A stretch of DNA of 14,922 nucleotides, taken from an uncultured archaeon (GTDB taxonomy: Archaea > Thermoplasmatota > Penumbrarchaeia > JASLWR01). The DNA is taken from the NCBI GenBank assembly GCA_964342815.1, contig CAYFHS010000030.1, forward strand, positions 33,937-48,858, written 5' to 3'. Positions 9,601-14,434 of this stretch are shown here, in pieces (position 1 is the first letter of the stretch; the number at the start of each line of letters is the position of its first letter). Both the position numbers and the translations under genes were made by a program. The notes beneath the pieces were generated by a model. The model saw only the letters and a program-made list of their open reading frames with translations. It searched no databases and was not told the DNA's origin.

Positions 9601-9908
9601 ATAAACAGTCGGGTGGCACAGAAGGGATCGACGATGAAGGGGAAGTGAAAAAGACAGAAAAAAGGAAGATGGACCTGGACTCGTTATTCGACAGGATTCT
9701 TCCTCCGGCAGGACCCGGAAACGTTATAAAAGAGATCACGGACCATGGAGATGAGAAAGAAACTGACCATATTTCGGATCTATCTGAGGACGTAACGGAA
9801 CATAAGGAACTGGTGGCAGTGGAGGATAGTAACACGGAAAAAGATGAAACAGATATGGAGGAGGTAGGGGTACTATCACCTATCGCCGAGGAAGAAAACA
9901 GCGAATAA
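3678..9908 (+). CDS. Giant type I membrane surface protein (2076 aa): NosD-like beta-helix, two jelly-roll (MAM/immune-inhibitor-A-like) domains, three Ig-like repeats, three PKD domains, Ca-binding DxDxDG repeats, one TM helix and an acidic cytoplasmic tail
   Basis: Signal peptide MNIEKRLISIWISMLLLVSILIVI. TIQGAIDAANTGDTVYVYAGIYNEHITI and many GIxLxxSxNNxIxNN rungs. Two W..SP..L.F.HWYD.E.G.D...LEIS.D.G..W...IRFR..SD......GWYID domains at about 4990-5905. Three DxDxP..DN.GI Ig-like units at about 7070-7955. Three A.AG.D...DN.GI..F.W.F PKD units at about 7957-8755. DEDNDGLDDRWE and DSDADGY..E...TDP at about 8765-8940. TM at 9012-9080. ATG 3678 is preferred over GTG 3669 because the SD-like motif overlaps that GTG. 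Confidence 0.95.
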   Translation: MNIEKRLISIWISMLLLVSILIVIDIPLEKSFGITGYTKGATITVDKGGGQDHVTIQGAIDAANTGDTVYVYAGIYNEHITITGKTINLTGAGVDSSIIDTGIALSGIKVESNYNNISGFTLRAANFGIELNRSCFNTIKNCKSTQNIDAGIYLSESCNNTVIDCILTDDLVGIALLFGSHNNTVISNQLTLNDYNGFTLRNGDNNLVLGNLIQDNNQVGFPSNYPGFWVESNNNVISKNTIDNNLATGLYMKNASNNEIYYNNITRNKNGISANVGSSNNDIYNNGFSSNDENGLAIHDGCEGNNITNNDLTDNNALGITDYPAIFVASDGNKLSGNHIDGNEATGIFLRDSANNSIDNNSIASSLYGIYLNNMGDNDIENNTCISNTKNGIYLDSSVNNTLYNNSCSNNPEHGIFLKDSDMNLLAGNDVSYNNVDTVWNFVGVTGFEKNDDEGWKHQGVGDCWERNSPVSGPGAAYEGSNVWGTNLAGKYPDNADFSLYSPEMYVGKGTSVEFWHWYDMENGWDFARLEISRDSGLNWELLHTFTGSSGGWTIENLDLDDFSGDIIIRFRVTSDANLGLAGWYIDNISLTNHDYQDLESDTDDGWTHGGNGDTWERGFPYSGPWASFSGDTVWGTKLFGEYENNGDCSLYSPDFDLDEGTTISFWHWYDIEEGFDSGELEISDDGGISWDSLSSYDGTLDEWELVEVSLGGYSGRAQIRFRLDTDGSETFDGWYIDDISFLGSGGIHLETSNGNTLVNNTCFENGGNGIYLETSVNNNLMDNNCTLNRKNGIYAESSSNNDVLRNSVSDNKGNGVFLKSGTGNNIENNTAVRNADGILLNSSNLNNLKNNSAMNNSEKGIDLEGSEQNVVQDNLCNLNYEGIFLDNSDHNVVSKNRCESNTDNGLYFLNSNSNITENVCNDNGWHGMGIAFFSGSIENNICDGNKNFGIFLQAAVDSEISRNKCVNNEYGLFLGFSSSGNWIHNNTYEKSAKNGTMLYDGCWDNLIENNTLADGHEGFYLYNCNNNTIIYNNIINHTGYGIDIIDSDTHDNRIHHNNFLFNNNSGIQAWDNGINNSWDDGIGEGNFWENYTSLYPLAANDDHVWNKPYNISGPSNSSDRYPLFYAGPGADTDLPRLVGDNTPAQASTGDSFTFSAEFEDNLGIVTVHVLYSYDGINWLDNETMVLSRGGIWSYSITINSDATDLFYRFYLKDMGRNHVLTDITLLGVQDNDPPELISDDTQDSATTSDMFVFSVKLGDNVGIISASAHYSYNGNDFTQKDLIKEMGDTWSTSITVEEDATELYYYIAFSDGINEMETTINTVQVTDNDAPTLMVDNTPLFGTTGDAFTFEVGVADNYGIESVSVYYSHDDKEYQIKELKNDGKGSWKEDIILELNFTDLYYYFKVTDNSNPKNELTTDKVEIPVMDNDPPTARAGEDLQIEQNAKITLDASSSTDNIGIVKFDWNFIYDGVEIDLNGELEEFTFEISGNYYISLNVSDKEGNWAKDYLNITVIDDTKPRADAGDDITTDQHEEVTLSGEDSTDDVQLSSFTWTFVYNNENITLQGEKTGFVFDVAGSYIITLNVTDSGGNWATDEIKINVKDIDKPMANAGDDLTVEEGTTVLLNGSNSTDNVGIVSFVWSFLYDGLERTHYGETVTFRFKIPGDYRITLMATDGAGNSAADTIELDVIEKSLSDDDDEIPDFWNNTVDEDNDGLDDRWEEYYFDGDASPYADSDADGYKNIHEFMKRTDPKKRNVEPPEPESGSGSGDKKASSDDWWTWIMIGGIFLLIIVIILFLIIKSRRSKDSKKTVVPEIEEDLEDSVDDDEIEEDVTDVLSSSFDMDSIEAEFEKLTEIYNNCSEYGMNMSDYESRYQEIDKAVKLGQEDTPESISAFMTELDDAYFSYYEDLKSSTKKLHKTINADFKKAMGSGLDIGHLRSDYEGAIEYFKEGDFFGAMELFTVVKSNLEKSLEDKQSGGTEGIDDEGEVKKTEKRKMDLDSLFDRILPPAGPGNVIKEITDHGDEKETDHISDLSEDVTEHKELVAVEDSNTEKDETDMEEVGVLSPIAEEENSE

Positions 9909-9932
9909 TGTTGAATACCTAGCGTTAATATA

Positions 9933-10622
9933 TTACGGTGGCGGATAATCCGAAGAAGGAGGAAATTGTCTATCCTCAAAAGCCGATTCAGTTTCATAAC
10001 CGTGCGGGGGTCGGGGATGCAGAGCCAGACCAGCCTGTTCAGGTACCAGATTTCTCTTGTATTTTCTTATTACCCAGAAATTGTATACAAGTAGAAATGC
10101 CGCTCCGCAGACCATGAAGATGGCGATGAGGTACATCCACATGGCTGAGGTATGCCAAGCGGACGCCTCAGAGTAATGCCAGCTTTTCGTGGCAGCATTC
10201 TCCCATCTCCACGCCTCCGCCTTGTAAATGAATCCGTTCGTAAAGAAGACAGTACCGGTGGGAATCAATATCAAAGCGAGTAAACCTGGAAGGCGGTTGA
10301 GATCGAAGATATTCCATAACAGTCTTTTCGGTTCATTGAACTCCCGTGATTTTTTCACACGGATATGATTTATTATCAGCAGGGTCACGCTCACTGCAAA
10401 AAGCAACCCAGCTAACACCAACGCGATCACCCCTCCGGTGTACCAATTGCCTGCGATCTCCTCATAACCCTCATCTTCTTCATCCTCTGCCGCGCCGGAC
10501 CACCCTGCTCCCTCGGAAAAGTATGCTATTGAAAAGAAAACCAGGCTCACGGCAATGGATAATACAAGTAGGCCAAGAAGACCGGTGGCGCGATTGAAAT
10601 CAAGAAAATTGATTTGGATCAT
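9933..10622 (-). CDS. Hypothetical 4-TM membrane protein with two internal repeats and a Pro-rich C-terminal tail
   Basis: 229-aa ORF with four hydrophobic segments and its own TATA/BRE about 25 nt upstream; no family recognised. Confidence 0.85.
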   Translation of the reverse strand: MIQINFLDFNRATGLLGLLVLSIAVSLVFFSIAYFSEGAGWSGAAEDEEDEGYEEIAGNWYTGGVIALVLAGLLFAVSVTLLIINHIRVKKSREFNEPKRLLWNIFDLNRLPGLLALILIPTGTVFFTNGFIYKAEAWRWENAATKSWHYSEASAWHTSAMWMYLIAIFMVCGAAFLLVYNFWVIRKYKRNLVPEQAGLALHPRPPHGYETESAFEDRQFPPSSDYPPP

Positions 10623-10642
10623 GTATAGTTCTAAGCAACGCC

Positions 10643-10659
10643 ATTATAAATATTTTTTG
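10643..10659 (-). promoter_or_regulatory. BRE plus TATA box for the 4-TM protein gene (probably leaderless)
   Basis: The minus strand reads CAAAAAATATTTATAAT, ending about 20 nt before the ATG at 10622. Confidence 0.6.
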
Positions 10660-10685
10660 ACTCAAGCTACCACGCTAAAGGCAAT

Positions 10686-13226
10686 TTAGGTGTTCTTCCG
10701 AATGCTTTTTAGTAGAATTACCGGGCCGAGAATACATGAAAGTAAAAAGGCGAATAACACCGCAAGACCCGTTATCAATCCGAAAACGCGGGTCATGGGC
10801 AGTGGGGCGGCCAACAGTAGAAAGAAACCGGATACTGTGGTAAAGGCCGATATGAATATCGACGTACCTGTGTGTTTAAGAGTGCGCTTCATGGCTTTCT
10901 CAGGATCATGCGTCTGTTTTTCCTCACGGAATCTCTCGATGATATGGACCGAATAGTCAATACCTATACCGATTGACAGCGAAGTTACCGTGATGGTCAG
11001 TATATTTAATGGAATCGAGAGAATGTTCATGAAACCCAGTATCCAGACGGCAGAGATCAGGACCGGAAATATGCCGACCATAGAATATCTGAATTTGCGG
11101 TACAGAAGGAGGAGGGTGACCAGGGCAAAACCTATTGCCAGTAACGTACCGAAAATCTGGGAACTTTCCATGGTGTCCACCGTCTCAACCACCATGACGG
11201 TCCATCCGGTCAGGGTAACTTCAGCATCCAGATCTGCCGAGCTGTCCAATCCTCTCGTCAACTGTTCAACGAGAGCTTTAGAACTTTCCCATGTACGGGC
11301 GTTCACATACACAGTTAACATTGTGGCATAGACGCCGCCCTCTGCATCCCGGTACAATAGACCATCCAGTTCGGAAGAGAAATCCGTTCCTTCAATTAGG
11401 TTTAAGGTTGTATGATTATCCGCGAGGTAGTCTATCAAGCCCGATATGTCCTCACCTGTGCAGTTATCTAGAGGAAGAAATGTGTCGGGGGAGAATTTAA
11501 ATCTCTCGGCCAGAGATGAATTAAGCCTTATCGCGTGAGAAAAGAGATTGTAGAGGCTTGCATTCCTCGGCCAACCGTTTCCTTTAACGACATGAGGGGC
11601 CTCTTCCACGTACAGCATCTTATTGGCTATATCCCGAATTAGCTCCGGTCCCGGCTGACCTGTCCCTTCATAGAAATAGATGATCCTCGAGCTTGACGAG
11701 GCTGGAAAATCCTCCCTAATCTTCTTCTCGGTCATTCTAGACGGCAGAGAATCGGAAACGAAATCGTCAACGGAGAATTCCTTGTCAATATTCAGTCCAG
11801 AGATAATGCTAAGAGTGGTGATAAGAATCACTACTATTAAAACAAGCACCGGATATCGTGTTACATACAGAGATATTCTCTTCATGTTACGTCCGATAAA
11901 GAAGGGAGTTCTCGATCCCTTTTCAAGATCTTCCGAATGGACTGGTCCCTTCTGTTTTATCATATAATGGTCGAGAGCTCCAACCACCGGGAAAAGCAGG
12001 AAAAGTGTCAAAAGAAGGGAGAAGCAGATACCTATTGAACACAGGATTCCGAAATTGAACACTGGGTCCACCTTGCTGAAAATATTCGCCATAAACGCGA
12101 TCACCGTGGTGAAAGCTGCAATAAAGAGAGGTTTTGAAACCACCCGTGCGGATTTAATAAATGCATTCTTCTGTGCATCAGCAACGTTATTTTCAATGGA
12201 TTTCATCTCTTCGTCGTAACGTTTTAGGAGATGGATGGAAAAATCGACTCCGAGGCCTATTACCAGGGGTACAATTGCAAGGTCCAATGGAGTATTCCCT
12301 AGTCCAAGTAGCAAACCCATGCCAAAGGTCCATACAAGCGCAAGTGCTAGAGTAATTATGGGGAGCAAGACACGGGACAGCCTGCGAAAAGAGAAGAAAA
12401 GAACCGTCCCTATAAAGAGGATAGCAAAGGCCGATAAAAGATATAATCCAACGGATACCTCTTCATCGGTCTCCATAAGAGAAATATCCACCCCCGAATG
12501 CTCTACTGTGAACGGTACTCCCGTCCCGGTAACAGTTTCCGGGTAAAATCCCTCCGGACTGCTTATAATGGAACTGCACAGGGACTCTATCTTAGAGACA
12601 GCATCTTTTCGCTGGTCTTCAGAAAGACCGGGCTCCAGAATTACCATGGCAATCATCGAGGTGGCTTTTCCGCTGTTGATAAAATCCTTCGAAACAAATA
12701 TATCAGCAGCCAATTTCGAATCTGATACCAGGCTTGAGGCAGTTATATTATCCATTCCTAAATGATTGGTCAACAGAGAACTTGAGTTCTTCTCTGTTAA
12801 TATCGCCCTGTAGACGAGAGTGATGTCCTCGATATCCCCTGCATCCGAGGCCAGAATTCCGTCAGTCCCGCGTATTTTGAGTATATTGTCGTAAAACGAC
12901 GGGATAGATTTCACCTCACTTACACTATCGAGCTTTTCAAGTTCATTAGAAATAACATAGGCAAGGCGTAACGAATCCGGTGTGAGAACATCGTCCTGGG
13001 CATTATTTTCTCTGAACATAAGGTAATGCACATTGTAATTTGTCGAAAATAAGTTATTCATTCTCTCGTTGGCGGTAACGGTTTCACTTTCGGGAAGAAA
13101 GCTCTCGGGAGTAAAATCGAAGCTGATGTCTCGAAGTTCGTATGACATGAAGATAGTTACCAGAAGAACCGCGACCACGGGCAGGTACCATCTTTTCGTG
13201 AGGAAGGAAGTAGACCGGCCAATCAT
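10686..13226 (-). CDS. MMPL/RND-superfamily transporter (archaeal HAE3-like, 12 TM)
   Basis: 846 aa in two homologous halves (1 TM, large loop, 5 TM, twice). The RND motifs GLGVDFSIH and GIGIDYSVH are present, with IAAFTTVIAF and ISAFTTVSGF. The N-terminal F....FLPESET is typical of the family. Confidence 0.93.
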   Translation of the reverse strand: MIGRSTSFLTKRWYLPVVAVLLVTIFMSYELRDISFDFTPESFLPESETVTANERMNNLFSTNYNVHYLMFRENNAQDDVLTPDSLRLAYVISNELEKLDSVSEVKSIPSFYDNILKIRGTDGILASDAGDIEDITLVYRAILTEKNSSSLLTNHLGMDNITASSLVSDSKLAADIFVSKDFINSGKATSMIAMVILEPGLSEDQRKDAVSKIESLCSSIISSPEGFYPETVTGTGVPFTVEHSGVDISLMETDEEVSVGLYLLSAFAILFIGTVLFFSFRRLSRVLLPIITLALALVWTFGMGLLLGLGNTPLDLAIVPLVIGLGVDFSIHLLKRYDEEMKSIENNVADAQKNAFIKSARVVSKPLFIAAFTTVIAFMANIFSKVDPVFNFGILCSIGICFSLLLTLFLLFPVVGALDHYMIKQKGPVHSEDLEKGSRTPFFIGRNMKRISLYVTRYPVLVLIVVILITTLSIISGLNIDKEFSVDDFVSDSLPSRMTEKKIREDFPASSSSRIIYFYEGTGQPGPELIRDIANKMLYVEEAPHVVKGNGWPRNASLYNLFSHAIRLNSSLAERFKFSPDTFLPLDNCTGEDISGLIDYLADNHTTLNLIEGTDFSSELDGLLYRDAEGGVYATMLTVYVNARTWESSKALVEQLTRGLDSSADLDAEVTLTGWTVMVVETVDTMESSQIFGTLLAIGFALVTLLLLYRKFRYSMVGIFPVLISAVWILGFMNILSIPLNILTITVTSLSIGIGIDYSVHIIERFREEKQTHDPEKAMKRTLKHTGTSIFISAFTTVSGFFLLLAAPLPMTRVFGLITGLAVLFAFLLSCILGPVILLKSIRKNT

Positions 13227-13270
13227 CCGTTGAATGAAGAAGATTAAGCTATAATAGTGTTGCCGTTAGC

Positions 13271-13450
13271 TTCATCCGTAGAAAACCCGAAGGTTTTCGG
13301 GGATGGAGGCGTATCTCCGATGCGTCCGCAGGGAGGTCGTCCCTGAGGGCGCAGCAACGTCGTAGATGCTGCGTAGCGAAGCGTGCGCTGGAACGATAGT
13401 AGGCACCTGTAAGCACACTTGCTGAAGGTGCAGGGGAAACTTGTTTCCCC
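13271..13450. repeat. GC-rich multi-hairpin element (REP/MITE-like palindromic element or structured ncRNA), copy 1
   Basis: About 58% GC (104/180), with consecutive stems: GAAAACC-CGAA-GGTTTTC, GGAG-GCGTAT-CTCC, CAGGGA-GGTCG-TCCCTG, GCAGCA..TGCTGC, GC-GAA-GC, GCACCT..AGGTGC and GGGGAAA-CTTG-TTTCCCC. Confidence 0.7.
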
Positions 13451-13612
13451 GTAATGAAATGTGCATCTGTAGGTGATACATCCGATGAAATTTCCATTCG
13501 GTCAGCTGCCGGGAAATTCATTCACCTCAGTAGTTCGATGCTTATTCTCATGCATGGGAATTGTATCTATGATTTTATTTATACCTATACCAATGTTTTC
13601 TTTGGTGATACT

Positions 13613-13750
13613 ATGCAGAAATGTAGCTGTGGATCATATGTGATTGTTCCCGGAAGATATATCATTTGTACAACTTGCGGTCATCGTGTTTTCTCACTTG
13701 TTGAAAACGAAACAACCATGCAACAAATATTCCATACGGGAACTTTCTGA
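13613..13750 (+). CDS. 45-aa zinc-ribbon microprotein (CxC-x12-CxxC)
   Basis: MQKCSCGSYVIVPGRYIICTTCGHRVFSLVENETTMQQIFHTGTF. A perfect archaeal SD GGTGAT sits at 13604-13609 and a TATA-like TTTATTTATA at about 13574-13583. It is the 3' part of track ORF 13454..13750. Confidence 0.7.
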   Translation: MQKCSCGSYVIVPGRYIICTTCGHRVFSLVENETTMQQIFHTGTF

Positions 13751-13813
13751 ATGAGAAAGCGCAATGGGATTTTGAAAAGAGCCGTTTTAGATTTATTTCC
13801 CCGAGTTAGTAAA

Positions 13814-13960
13814 TGACATTTATCAAAGCATGAAGCGAACATTTGTCGGGGTGTGGAGGGAACATTTGTCGGGGTGTGGAGAGAACATTTGTCAAGACAT
13901 GGAGCGAACATTTGTCGGAGTGTGGAGGGAACATATGTCGGGGTGTGGAGCGAACATTTG
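13814..13960. repeat. 23-bp tandem direct repeat, about 6.4 copies, consensus GAACATTTGTCGGGGTGTGGAGN
   Basis: Units start at 13814 (degenerate), 13837, 13860, 13883, 13906, 13929 and 13952 (partial); there are no unique spacers. Confidence 0.95.
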
Positions 13961-14095
13961 AATTAATTATAAAATGAATTTATATCTATAATCCAGCGAT
14001 ATTTTCTGAACGATCCGACTATTAAAATATAATATTCGTGGGATAAATATTAATATAGATTTTTCATTGTTACCCGTACAATAATTTTTCTCAGA

Positions 14096-14168
14096 GCGGG
14101 TGTGATCTAGCCTGGTAGGATCGGAGCTTCCCAAGCTTCTCGCTCGGGTTCGAATCCCGGCACCCGCA
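14096..14168 (+). tRNA. trnG: tRNA-Gly (anticodon CCC), intronless, CCA not encoded
   Basis: Acceptor stem GCGGGTG/CACCCGC with discriminator A; D arm ATCT-AGCCTGGT-AGGAT; anticodon arm GGAGC-TTCCCAA-GCTTC; T arm TCGGG-TTCGAAT-CCCGG. Confidence 0.97.
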
Positions 14169-14170
14169 TA

Positions 14171-14177
14171 TTTTTTT
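14171..14177 (+). terminator. Oligo-T terminator after the tRNA
   Basis: A T7 run begins 2 nt after the discriminator base. Confidence 0.65.
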
Positions 14178-14182
14178 ATGAA

Positions 14183-14313
14183 GAAAAAATCGGCGGGTGA
14201 AGGGCAATCTTTGATTGACCGAAACGGAGTGTGAACCCGCATTTTTTCGACCACAGGAAGAGAAAATGAGGGGGCAGCAATGCTGAAAGTATTGCATAGC
14301 GAAGCGGGAACCC
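14183..14313. repeat. Second multi-hairpin element, partly homologous to 13271-13450
   Basis: Stems GAAAAAAT/ATTTTTTC with GCGGGT/ACCCGC, CAATC-TTT-GATTG, GCAATGCT-GAA-AGTATTGC and GC-GAA-GC. Positions 14267-14306 match 13344-13383 at 30/40 without gaps. Confidence 0.65.
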
Positions 14314-14365
14314 AATTTCTTTTTTATATTATCCAATCTGCGATAAAACTCTCTCTGTTAATTAT

Positions 14366-14383
14366 AAAAAAATAAAAAAAAAA
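14366..14383 (-). terminator. Oligo-T terminator of the CARDB gene
   Basis: T10-A-T7 on the minus strand, about 50 nt after the TAG stop. Confidence 0.6.
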
Positions 14384-14434
14384 CCGACTCTCCCAAATCC
14401 CCGGTTTACAGGGTTGATCATAGAGCTTTTTTTT

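Noticed and set aside
3723-9997. Numerous short alternative-frame and antisense ORFs inside the giant gene (e.g. 8873..9241, 9503..9997)
   Set aside because: They are Ser-rich mirror translations of Asp/Glu-rich coding sequence with no independent signals.
9933-10622. APH-1 or PEN-2 (gamma-secretase subunit) homologue
   Set aside because: Four TMs with an internal duplication fit neither 7-TM APH-1 nor the ~100-aa PEN-2, and I could see no shared motif.
13271-13450. RNase P RNA or SRP RNA
   Set aside because: The universally conserved motifs were not found on either strand, and the element is too short.
13249-13521. ORFs across the hairpin element (13249..13521, 13272..13481) and the 5' half of 13454..13750
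   Set aside because: There are no protein features or start signals; GC-rich palindromic DNA is simply poor in stop codons.
13681-13911. Minus-strand 76-aa ORF across the tandem repeat
   Set aside because: It has no SD or recognisable motif, overlaps the Zn-ribbon gene antisense, and stays open largely because of the repeat.
13814-13960. CRISPR array
   Set aside because: The units abut directly with a 23-bp period and no unique spacers, and no cas genes are present.
13814-13960. Canonical archaeal ORB elements
   Set aside because: Only a G-string and GTGGA resemble the ORB consensus (TCCAGTGGAAAC..GGGG); the order differs and no cdc6/orc1 gene is adjacent.
13967-14336. Minus-strand ORFs 13967..14254 and 14091..14336
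   Set aside because: They run antisense through the tRNA and AT-rich promoter DNA and show no protein-like features.
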